This document shows, in pieces, positions 56,004 through 64,000 of a DNA stretch of 64,000 nucleotides. How positions within the stretch are numbered: position 1 is the first letter of the stretch; each line of letters begins with the position of its first letter. Position numbers and translations under genes: made by a program. The stretch comes from Bacteroidales bacterium. Its GTDB lineage: Bacteria; Bacteroidota; Bacteroidia; Bacteroidales; UBA932. The notes beneath the pieces are model-generated. The model was not told the DNA's origin. It made no database searches and worked only from the letters and a program-made list of their open reading frames with translations. The stretch spans positions 205 to 64,204 of the forward strand of contig JAAZIA010000005.1 in the NCBI GenBank assembly GCA_012510445.1. Reading direction: 5' to 3'.

Positions 56004-56719
56004 AATTACAAATAAACAACCTGTTCAAAAGTTACAAAGATCCTGTTTTTAAGGATTTTTCCATTTCTTTTCCGGAAAATGCCATAACCTGTATTCTGGG
56101 TCCGTCCGGATGCGGCAAAACAACCCTGCTGAACATCATTGGAAACATTATTCCTCCCGACAGCGGTACGTTGAACGGTTTTAGAGACAAGCAACTCTCT
56201 TATGTCTTTCAGGACCCGCGCCTGCTCCCCTGGAAAACTGTACGGGAAAACATTGAATTTGTGTTGAACAAAAACCTGCATGCCCCAGAGCGCAAAAAGC
56301 AAGCAGAGCAACTGATAAAACACGTAGAGCTGGAAGGTTTTTCTTGTTATTATCCCGCGCAACTAAGCGGGGGCATGCGCCAACGGGTATCCATAGCCCG
56401 TGCTTTTGCCGTTCCTTCAGACATTATCCTTATGGACGAACCGTTGAAAGGGCTGGATGTTGTACTTAAACAAAACCTTATCAAATGGTTTCTTCCCATC
56501 TGGAAAGCAGACAGAAGGACGGTAATTTTTGTTACGCACGACGTGGACGAGGCCCTACTTCTTGGAGATAAGATAGTAGTTCTCAGCAAAATACCGGCAA
56601 AAATCCTTGCACAAGTAACGCTCAACATTCCTGCCGAGACCCGGGATCCGGAATCTGAAGTTTTAAAAAATAAAAAACAAGTGTTGCTGACTGCCCTGGA
56701 GAACAAAGAGTCGGGGTGA
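56000..56719 (+). CDS. ABC transporter ATP-binding protein
   Basis: It has Walker A (GPSGCGKTT), the signature motif (LSGGMRQR) and Walker B (IILMDEP). Confidence 0.9.
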   Translation: MKLQINNLFKSYKDPVFKDFSISFPENAITCILGPSGCGKTTLLNIIGNIIPPDSGTLNGFRDKQLSYVFQDPRLLPWKTVRENIEFVLNKNLHAPERKKQAEQLIKHVELEGFSCYYPAQLSGGMRQRVSIARAFAVPSDIILMDEPLKGLDVVLKQNLIKWFLPIWKADRRTVIFVTHDVDEALLLGDKIVVLSKIPAKILAQVTLNIPAETRDPESEVLKNKKQVLLTALENKESG

Positions 56720-56783
56720 AAGGACTCGAACCTTCGGCCTCCACGTCCCGAACGTGGCGCGCTGCCAACTGCGCTACACCCCG
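56711..56783 (-). tRNA. tRNA-Pro (anticodon CGG)
   Basis: The reverse complement folds by hand. The acceptor stem is CGGGGTG/CACCCCG, the anticodon stem-loop is CCACG-TTCGGGA-CGTGG, and the T-loop is TTCGAGT. Confidence 0.9.
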
Positions 56784-56854
56784 AATTGTTGGAGGGCAAA
56801 GGTAATCAAAAAAATGAAATCTTTACATTAAAAAAAACAGCAAATAAAAAATTG

Positions 56855-56870
56855 TGGCACGCTGTTTGCA
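56855..56870 (+). promoter_or_regulatory. Sigma-54 (-24/-12) promoter, exact consensus
   Basis: TGGCAC-gctgt-TTGCA matches TGGCAC-N5-TTGCW at all 11 specified positions. It is intergenic and points toward the CotH gene. Confidence 0.6.
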
Positions 56871-56925
56871 AACTAATAGAGCAGATAGTTTTTTTCATCT
56901 ATTAGGTTTTAGGTTAAATGGGTCA

Positions 56926-56965
56926 GGACAGGCAACGCTTCTAGTTGTCTGTCCTTTCTTTTATT
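56926..56965 (+). terminator. Intrinsic terminator about 55 nt downstream of the sigma-54 promoter
   Basis: GGACAGGCAAC-gcttcta-GTTGTCTGTCC forms an 11-bp stem with one G.U pair, followed by TTTCTTTTATT. Confidence 0.6.
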
Positions 56966-57026
56966 CATACTTTCTGTAAAGGTAAAATTATCTATCTTGC
57001 AGGGAAAAGCGTAAACCTTTGCCATT

Positions 57027-58928
57027 ATGAAATATAAATTTATACCGGTTCTTCTTGTATTGCTCGCAGCCGGATGTAAAGACAACAAACAACCGGAAGA
57101 CCAGGTAAAAACCCCCGTATTAACGCAGGTTGCCGTTGAAAACACACAAGTAGTTCTCGCTCCCGGCGGAACGGCTGTTCTGACTTTCAGGGTAGAAGAG
57201 CCCGGAGCCGCCTTCAATTACGACATTACTTCTTCCCTTTGCCAGGTAGAATTGCGCATAGAGGGTACTACTGAACAGCCGGAGTTTTTTAACATCCATA
57301 CCATTGCAGCCACAGAAGAGGAAGGCCGGTATCAAATGCAACTAAAAGACAACGGAACCCAATTGGCTTATAACCAGTCCATTATTCTCTGTCTGATCAC
57401 TTCCCGCCCGGGATACGGAAAAACCATGCTCAGGTCAGAGGCTTTTCAGGTACTAAGCCTGATGGCCAAAGCAGGAATTAGTGATTTCCGGTTTAAAAAA
57501 GAACACAATCCGGGACTTGGAGCCGACGTTCCCCTCACCGTCTCTACAACAGAAGAAACATACAAACACTCTATAGAAGGGAATATACCGTACTGGCTGG
57601 ACGACCTGCACCTGATTGCTTCTTTTAGTAGCGGCAATCCCGTATACGTGAATGAGGTTGTGCAGGAAAGCGGAAAAACCTCCAACGATTTTTCAAAACC
57701 CGTTGCTTACACAGTCTTTACAGAAGAGGGATATGACCTTACATACACTGTAACCGTAAGTCATTTTACCGGACTACCCGTACTGATCATCCAAACAGAA
57801 TCGGGAAAAGCTGTGAACACAAAAACCGAGTGGATTGACGCCACGCTTTGCATACACGGTGTAGGAGCCTTTGAAGACCTTCCGGAAACAACAACAAAAA
57901 TCCGAGGCCGCGGAAACAGCACCTGGATGTGGCCTAAGAAACCTTTTGCCTTGAAACTGGACAGCAAAACTTCACTACTGGGCATGCCCAAACACAAACG
58001 TTGGGTACTGTTGGCCAACTTCATGGACCGCACCTTGCTACGCAACCGCATGGCACTGGAAATGGGCCGGTTGACCTCGCTTGCCTGGACCCCGCGAAAC
58101 CAGTTTGTAGAAGTTATTCTGAATGGAGAACACCTGGGCAATTACTTGCTTACAGAACATATTAAAGTAGATAAAAACCGTGTCAATATTTCAGATGACG
58201 GATACCTTATGGAGCTGGATTTTCATTACGACAATCCCGTACAGTGGATGTCCCAATACGGCCGGTGCGTATCCATGCAGGAAGGAATACCTTTTTCTGT
58301 AAAATTTCCCGATGACGATGATATTACAGAGATACAAATCACACGGATCAAAGAACACATTGATCTTGTTGCAAGCACCCTGTATGGACCGGATTTTCTT
58401 GATGCTGAAACGGGTTACAAAAACTACATAGATATCCGTTCGTTTGCAGACTACTGGATTGTTTTTGAGCTGTGTGTAAACCACGAACTGGCTAATCCGG
58501 GCAGTGTATATATGCACAAAGACAAAGAATCTAAATTATGGGCCGGTCCCCTGTGGGATTTTGACTGGGGGACTTTTTCCTACAATTATTCCCCACAGGC
58601 ACAAAACGGATTGTTTCTTACAAACGCCATATGGTACAAACGATTGTTTGAAGATTCGGATTTCAGAGCTCAGGTAAAAGAGCGTTGGAATGTATTGAAA
58701 ACCCATTTTGACTTGCTACCGTCTTTCCTGGAAGCAGAAGCGAAGCGTTTGTTCTTATCGGCAGAATTTAACTTTCAATTGTGGGATCCGTCAGAAGACA
58801 GACATATGAATGGCGGGAATATCATTAACGGAGATGAAAACATGACGTTTACACAAGCAGTGGAACGTATGAAAACCCTTTTAACCGAACGGATCCAAAT
58901 CCTGGATGAACAAATCAATGCATTATAA
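57027..58928 (+). CDS. CotH kinase family lipoprotein
   Basis: It has a lipobox (LLAAGC) and an N-terminal Ig-like region. The CotH-type core is RGRGNSTWMWPKKPFALKLD...KRWVLLANFMDRTLLRN. Confidence 0.7.
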   Translation: MKYKFIPVLLVLLAAGCKDNKQPEDQVKTPVLTQVAVENTQVVLAPGGTAVLTFRVEEPGAAFNYDITSSLCQVELRIEGTTEQPEFFNIHTIAATEEEGRYQMQLKDNGTQLAYNQSIILCLITSRPGYGKTMLRSEAFQVLSLMAKAGISDFRFKKEHNPGLGADVPLTVSTTEETYKHSIEGNIPYWLDDLHLIASFSSGNPVYVNEVVQESGKTSNDFSKPVAYTVFTEEGYDLTYTVTVSHFTGLPVLIIQTESGKAVNTKTEWIDATLCIHGVGAFEDLPETTTKIRGRGNSTWMWPKKPFALKLDSKTSLLGMPKHKRWVLLANFMDRTLLRNRMALEMGRLTSLAWTPRNQFVEVILNGEHLGNYLLTEHIKVDKNRVNISDDGYLMELDFHYDNPVQWMSQYGRCVSMQEGIPFSVKFPDDDDITEIQITRIKEHIDLVASTLYGPDFLDAETGYKNYIDIRSFADYWIVFELCVNHELANPGSVYMHKDKESKLWAGPLWDFDWGTFSYNYSPQAQNGLFLTNAIWYKRLFEDSDFRAQVKERWNVLKTHFDLLPSFLEAEAKRLFLSAEFNFQLWDPSEDRHMNGGNIINGDENMTFTQAVERMKTLLTERIQILDEQINAL

Positions 58929-58946
58929 AATTTATACAACCACATT

Positions 58947-61385
58947 ATGAAAGCAGCCAAAACCTTTCTTTTCCTAGCAGTACTGGCATTTGGCCTTCTG
59001 CCCGTAAACGCCCAATTGAGAAACGATGAAAAAAACAACTCCAAATCCCCTGCAAAGCTGGAAGATTTCATGAAAGCAGAAACCTCCGTCATGGAGGGAA
59101 TGACTCCGGTCTATGTGCAGGATCAAAGAACGTACCTGGCCATTCCCGATTCTTTATTGGGTCGAGACCTTCTGATGGTAAGCCGTATAGCAGAAGCACC
59201 GGCAGGATTCCGCGCCAGTTTTTTTGGATACGCAGGAGATCAAATCAACAGCGGAATGTTCCGCTTTGAAAAAGGGCCGGACAACAACCTCTTCCTGACC
59301 AAAGTTTTGGCCAGAGAACAATCGGCAGACAGCACCCGTTCTATGTATTACAACCTAGCACGCTCCAACAGGCCGGCCATTGTGGCTTCTTTTGATATCA
59401 AAGCCTTGAACGAAGACGGTTCTTTGTCTGTGATAGACGTTACAGATTTAGTCAAAGGAGACAATGAGAGTCTTTACCTGAGCAAAAGACAGAAAAAATC
59501 CTCTAAGCTTACGGCGTTGCAAAACGACAGATCTTATGTGGAAAGCGTTAAAACGTTCCCCATAAACACAGAGCTTCGCAGTGTAAAAACATACGGACAC
59601 CAAGACAACGACGACCCTTTGACTTTTGTCATCAATTGTTCCCTGGTATTGCTCCCCAAAGAACCTATGCAACCCAGGTATTTTGATGAGCGCATAGGGT
59701 ATTTCACCACCAATCACACAGATTTTGATAAAAATCCGCAAGGTATCAAGCCCATTCGGATGATTTCCCGTTGGCGCCTGGAACCCAAAGCAGAAGACTT
59801 GGGAAAATATAAAAGAGGCGAATTGGTAGAACCTGCCAAACCCATTGTTTTCTATATAGATCCAACCACACCCAAAGAATGGGTGCCTTACCTGATCCAA
59901 GGGGTAAACGACTGGCAACCCGTTTTTGAAAAAGCCGGTTTTAAAAATGCCATCTTTGGTTTGGAAGCTCCTTCTATAGAAGAAGACCCGTCTTGGAGCC
60001 TGGAAGACGCTCGGAACTCTGCCATTGTTTACAAACCCTCAACCATTGCCAACGCAAGCGGTCCTCACGTAAGCGACCCGCGTTCGGGCGAGATTATAGA
60101 AAGCCACATCAACTGGTACCACAACGTAATGAGCCTGGTACACAACTGGTACTTTGTACAATGTGCAGTTGTAGATCCTCAAGCACGCACCATGACCTTC
60201 CCGCAAGAGTTGATGGGACAGCTCATTCGCTTTGTTTCTTCTCACGAAGTAGGCCACACCTTGGGACTGCGCCATAATTTTGGAGCTACTGCCTGTTATA
60301 CAACAGAGCAGCTACGCGACCCCAACTTCCTTCGTAACAACGGACATACCACCTCTATTATGGACTATTCCCGGTTCAACTTTGTTGTCCAACCGGAAGA
60401 TAACGTACCGCGCGATTTGCTGTTTCCACGCATTGGCCATTACGATTACTGGGCCATTGAATGGGGATACAGGCGTTTTTATCAGTTTGCAGACGGCTGG
60501 GAAGAAATCCCTTATCTGAACCAATGGGTCATTGAAAAAACAGCCGACCCTTACCTCAGATTCAACGGAGGTTCAGAGTCGGGTCTGGACGATCCACGTG
60601 CGCAATCGGAAGATTTAGGAGACAACCAGATGGAAACGTGTGAGATGGGGATTAGAAACTTGAAGATCCTTATAGAAAACCTGCCCGAATGGACCAAAAC
60701 GGCCAACGAAGACTACAACGGTTTGTCTGTCATTTATCCGCAAGTCACCGCACAATTCAACCGATACATAGGACATGTATCCAAATGGGTTGGCGGGGTA
60801 TTTACAGATTTTAAAACTGTAGAACAGGAAGGTCCGGTTTACGTACCGGTACCCAAGGATAAACAGAAAGAAGCCATGGCATTCCTCAACCGCCATATTT
60901 TTACAACCCCTTACTGGCTATTGCCTTCCTACCTTTCTGAACTGCTACCTATTAACCGCCTGAGTGCCATTGAAGACCTGCAAAGCAGTGCCATTCGCGG
61001 CCTGGTAAACAACAACCTTCTGGTGCGTTTGTTGCGAGCAGAAGAACAACTTGGACAGGCAGCCTACAGCGCACAGGAGTTTTTTGATGACCTTACCGGA
61101 TACATTTTCAAAGAGTACGGACAAACAGATATGTACAGCCGCAGCTTGCAAAACATCTACATCAACACCCTTTGCAAAATGGTGGAACCGGAAAAACCGG
61201 CTCCCGCTAACGCACCGCAGGCTCCTGTTTTCCGTATGAGGGTTGCTTCCATTGAGAACAACGATGTTAAAGCGCTGGTTATGTCCCAACTGGAAAATAT
61301 CAGCCAAAAACTAAAACGTGCTAAAGGAGATGTTCGAACACGTGCGCATTACAGTTATCTGCAAAAAACCATGGAAGACTTATAG
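58947..61385 (+). CDS. Secreted zinc-dependent metalloprotease (met-zincin, DUF5117/DUF4953-like)
   Basis: It has a signal peptide and the HEVGHTLGLRHN zinc motif in the middle of an 812-aa protein. Confidence 0.75.
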   Translation: MKAAKTFLFLAVLAFGLLPVNAQLRNDEKNNSKSPAKLEDFMKAETSVMEGMTPVYVQDQRTYLAIPDSLLGRDLLMVSRIAEAPAGFRASFFGYAGDQINSGMFRFEKGPDNNLFLTKVLAREQSADSTRSMYYNLARSNRPAIVASFDIKALNEDGSLSVIDVTDLVKGDNESLYLSKRQKKSSKLTALQNDRSYVESVKTFPINTELRSVKTYGHQDNDDPLTFVINCSLVLLPKEPMQPRYFDERIGYFTTNHTDFDKNPQGIKPIRMISRWRLEPKAEDLGKYKRGELVEPAKPIVFYIDPTTPKEWVPYLIQGVNDWQPVFEKAGFKNAIFGLEAPSIEEDPSWSLEDARNSAIVYKPSTIANASGPHVSDPRSGEIIESHINWYHNVMSLVHNWYFVQCAVVDPQARTMTFPQELMGQLIRFVSSHEVGHTLGLRHNFGATACYTTEQLRDPNFLRNNGHTTSIMDYSRFNFVVQPEDNVPRDLLFPRIGHYDYWAIEWGYRRFYQFADGWEEIPYLNQWVIEKTADPYLRFNGGSESGLDDPRAQSEDLGDNQMETCEMGIRNLKILIENLPEWTKTANEDYNGLSVIYPQVTAQFNRYIGHVSKWVGGVFTDFKTVEQEGPVYVPVPKDKQKEAMAFLNRHIFTTPYWLLPSYLSELLPINRLSAIEDLQSSAIRGLVNNNLLVRLLRAEEQLGQAAYSAQEFFDDLTGYIFKEYGQTDMYSRSLQNIYINTLCKMVEPEKPAPANAPQAPVFRMRVASIENNDVKALVMSQLENISQKLKRAKGDVRTRAHYSYLQKTMEDL

Positions 61386-64000
61386 TAAAACAAGTATATT
61401 CAGACGGTTTTTCTGGCTAATCCTACTCATCCCGTTTCAAGTAACGGGACAGGGTGTTGATTATCCCGTTACCTCGCTGGCCCGCCTGCAGAAAGCTTTT
61501 AGCATAGAGGCTGCAAAAGCGGATTACGAGCAGATGATCCGGCTCATGGACAGCATAACAACTATGGAAACAGCCATAGATCGTAAAGCGCGTCCTCGTC
61601 TGCTCAAAACATTTGCAGGCTATGCTCCCCTCTTTGAGAAGAGCATAGAAGGACAAGTAGTACACCACCTGTATATGCATACCCGTTTTCCGGAAAGTCG
61701 TGATACCTACAGCAGGGTCCTTCCTACCGGAAGCCGGGATATGGCAGGGATACCGGCAACTCCTTACCAGGAATTGCTGCTGCCCCAAGACATAGTATAC
61801 CCCTGCAAGGACCTTTATGAACTGGCACTCTTTGTTCTGGAAGAGTACAAAACGTTGATTGGCCTGTTGGAGAGCGGTCGGGGCAACGTACCCCATAATT
61901 TGATTGCGGCTCGTTTTTTACACATCGATTCGGAACCCTTTCCTCCGGAAGAAAAAATGGCGAGGCTCGACAGCCTCGTCCTGGAATTCCCAAAGACGGA
62001 ACCCATTGCGTTCGTTTATCTGGAAAAGGTGCGGCTTCTGGTAGAAAAGCAAGAATACGACAAAGCCCTGCAACTGAGCCGTGAAACCCTCCGAAAATTT
62101 CCAAAAAGTAAGGCAAGGGAGTCCCTGAAAGAATACGTAGGTTTTCTTACGGCCCCTTCTCTTACCGTCCGGTTAAAAAAGCAAGTCTATCCGCATACCC
62201 CCTTTCAAGTGCTGGTTACCCGCAGGAACCTATCACGTTACAAGCTGGAGATCAGGCAGGAAAAAGGAAAACGCACCTCGTGTTTCAGAAAGAGCAAAAT
62301 GAATGCACCGGTGTATGAAGTTGTAACCGATACGCTCATCCTGCCGCAGGCACCGGTCCCCGGAACGTATAGGATTCGTGTAAAAAAAGGCCGGACAGAA
62401 AATGAAACTACTTTTTACAGCGGTACGGTTGCCTCTATGTTCCGTACTTACCGCAATACAGCTTACGTGTATGCAACCGATCTAAAAACGGGAGAACCTT
62501 TTAAAAAGGCAGAAATCCGGTTTGCAAAAGATTCCAGGCCTTCCTATTCCATAGATATGAACGGATTCACGCCCGTGGATGTTCGTGCCGGTGAATCGTT
62601 CCGTGTATCTTCCCTCACGCCTTTACAAGCTGTTCCCGATACTTTTTCCGTACCCTTTACTGTACGTAGCTGGGATTTCAGTTACGGGACCCCTTCCGAT
62701 GTCACTACATCGGCTGCTCTTTTCACAGATAGGAAATTGTACGGTAAAGAAGACACCCTTTTTTTTAAGGGCATTGTAACTCGTTACAGCCACCAAAAGA
62801 GTGAACCTCTGGTGGGGAAAAAATTTTCGCTGGTTTTACGCAACCATGCCAGTTACCGGGATACTCTTTATACAGTAGACGTGGTGACCAACGAATACGG
62901 GTCCTTCAGCGGATTTATTCCTCCCGGTATAGTGCGAATCAACGGAGTGCACAGCCTTACCATCCCGGGGGCCTCGGCCCAAATCCGGATTGAAGAATAC
63001 TCCAGGCCATCCTTTTCTATAGATTTACAGCCGATAAAACAAGCTTATACTTATGGAGACACCTTGGTTCAAGAGGGTGTGGTTACCAACTACGCAGGAT
63101 TTCCTCTGGCAGGAGTGGCAGTAGGATATCGGGTATTTAGGCAACCGCTGTTCCGGCCTTATTACAGAGACCCGCACGCATTTCCCACAACAGAGCAACC
63201 TTATTGGGTTGACACAGTATATACTAACACTGACGGTTGGTTTTACGCTTCTTTTCCTGCAGAAAAAGAGGAGGGTTCTGATAATCTTCACCGTTTCGTA
63301 CTGCAAGTACATTTTACTGCCGTTGACCCTTCGGGAGAAACTCGGCAACAACAAACCTTTCTTCCCATAAGTGATTACCGCTATACCATCCGATCTCGTA
63401 TAGGAGTTGCAAGAGCAGAGGCAACAAACCGTATATTGGTACTGGAAAAAGAACCGTTCCTGGCCCTGGATGTGAAAAACAGTACGGGTCTTGACCAAGA
63501 AGTGCAAGGTACATACGCCCTGTCAAGAAATGGAATAAAGGTGTTTTCGGGAACCTTTACCGGAAAAGAAACAACACAACCCCCTTGGTCTAAATTGGAA
63601 TCCGGTCTATGGAACCTTTCCTTCCATTTGGAAGGAGCCGCTCCACATAAAGAGGCCTTTTATCTGGTAAGTGTTCACGATACCGTAAGCCCGGCAGATA
63701 CGGCAGCGTTCTTCTGCCCCCTGAGTACTACTGTTCCCTCCTTTTTGCTGGGAACCGTCCATCAAACACTTTACGCCCTGGCCGAATGGTATGCCGGGGA
63801 TTCGCTACTGAAAAAAGATCTCCTGGTACTGCAACCCGGAATGCAACGTTTTTCTTTTGGCAATGACGTCCCGGTGCTTTATCCTCTGGAAGTAAGGCTT
63901 ATTGCCATTCGGGAGGGTGTTTTCCATGAATTTAAACACCTCTGGGAAGAGCCGACCCACCGGGACTTTCCTTTGCAATGGGTTTCGTTACGCAACGTAA
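61330..64000 (+). CDS. Alpha-2-macroglobulin/MG2-domain family large secreted protein, 3'-partial
   Basis: It is not in the ORF track because it has no stop in the window. By hand translation, frame 1 is open from 61315 to 64000. The ATG at 61330 precedes a signal-like RRFFWLILLIPFQVTGQ. LFTDRKLYGKEDTLFFKGIV resembles the MG2 motif TDRxIYRPGxxVxFKG. Confidence 0.6.
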   Translation, partial: MFEHVRITVICKKPWKTYSKTSIFRRFFWLILLIPFQVTGQGVDYPVTSLARLQKAFSIEAAKADYEQMIRLMDSITTMETAIDRKARPRLLKTFAGYAPLFEKSIEGQVVHHLYMHTRFPESRDTYSRVLPTGSRDMAGIPATPYQELLLPQDIVYPCKDLYELALFVLEEYKTLIGLLESGRGNVPHNLIAARFLHIDSEPFPPEEKMARLDSLVLEFPKTEPIAFVYLEKVRLLVEKQEYDKALQLSRETLRKFPKSKARESLKEYVGFLTAPSLTVRLKKQVYPHTPFQVLVTRRNLSRYKLEIRQEKGKRTSCFRKSKMNAPVYEVVTDTLILPQAPVPGTYRIRVKKGRTENETTFYSGTVASMFRTYRNTAYVYATDLKTGEPFKKAEIRFAKDSRPSYSIDMNGFTPVDVRAGESFRVSSLTPLQAVPDTFSVPFTVRSWDFSYGTPSDVTTSAALFTDRKLYGKEDTLFFKGIVTRYSHQKSEPLVGKKFSLVLRNHASYRDTLYTVDVVTNEYGSFSGFIPPGIVRINGVHSLTIPGASAQIRIEEYSRPSFSIDLQPIKQAYTYGDTLVQEGVVTNYAGFPLAGVAVGYRVFRQPLFRPYYRDPHAFPTTEQPYWVDTVYTNTDGWFYASFPAEKEEGSDNLHRFVLQVHFTAVDPSGETRQQQTFLPISDYRYTIRSRIGVARAEATNRILVLEKEPFLALDVKNSTGLDQEVQGTYALSRNGIKVFSGTFTGKETTQPPWSKLESGLWNLSFHLEGAAPHKEAFYLVSVHDTVSPADTAAFFCPLSTTVPSFLLGTVHQTLYALAEWYAGDSLLKKDLLVLQPGMQRFSFGNDVPVLYPLEVRLIAIREGVFHEFKHLWEEPTHRDFPLQWVSLRNV

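Noticed and set aside
56350-56799. A 149-aa minus-strand ORF spans the ABC ATPase 3' end and the tRNA-Pro gene.
   Set aside because: It reads straight through a well-folding tRNA gene and lies antisense to a Walker-motif ATPase, so it is spurious.
61423-62116. Minus-strand ORFs (157, 130 and 63 aa) are the only track entries in 61.4-62.1 kb.
   Set aside because: The plus-strand frame 1 is open for more than 2.6 kb here and encodes a plausible secreted MG2-type protein. The minus-strand ORFs are shadows, and the real gene is missing from the track only because it has no stop in the window.
1-64000. I searched by eye for CRISPR arrays, IS elements, integrases, prophage genes, toxin-antitoxin pairs and known defence-system genes.
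   Set aside because: I found no repeat-spacer periodicity, no transposase, integrase or recombinase ORFs, and no recognisable defence genes. RmuC and RadC are present but in ordinary housekeeping contexts. All three tRNA genes lack flanking integrase or direct-repeat signatures that I could see.

Overview
This is a densely coding 64-kb chromosomal segment that looks like a Bacteroidota (Bacteroidales-type) genome. The pointers are many lipobox lipoproteins, a TonB-dependent receptor, Bacteroidota-restricted DUF families, TTTG/TAnnTTTG promoter boxes and a long S16. I support about 56 protein-coding genes and 3 tRNAs (Leu-CAA, Glu-UUC, Pro-CGG). I saw no rRNA, CRISPR array, IS element, integrase or prophage. 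Most genes are housekeeping or catabolic. They include PFOR (nifJ); a 13-kb co-directional hutH-hutI-MBL-ftcD-GH3-xylB-xylA-xylE-rmuC array; ygiQ, pepP, miaB, rpoN, upp, radC, rpsT, rseP, dxr, ruvX, def, a phosphomannomutase, a MATE pump, rimM, rpsP and mgtE. Five loci deserve a second look. (1) A tRNA-Leu-led eight-gene operon at 22.9-28.4 kb resembles the tailoring/export half of a flexirubin/aryl-polyene cluster but has no KS/ACP core. (2) An exact sigma-54 -24/-12 promoter is followed about 55 nt later by an intrinsic terminator at 56.86-56.97 kb. It could be a small RNA or an attenuated leader, and it sits in front of a CotH-kinase / secreted Zn-metalloprotease / alpha-2-macroglobulin-like cluster. 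(3) The mgtE leader has two mutually exclusive hairpins, one of which sequesters an AAGGAG-AUG region. (4) A TM1266-type ACT protein appears co-transcribed with a TonB-dependent receptor, divergent from an NMT1-type ABC importer. (5) A divergent ECF sigma/anti-sigma module carries two Spy/CpxP-like paralogs and a palindromic control region. Two genes run off the window edges (1..777 and 61330..64000); the second is absent from the supplied ORF track. All family assignments rest on motifs I recognise by eye and need HMM or BLAST confirmation.
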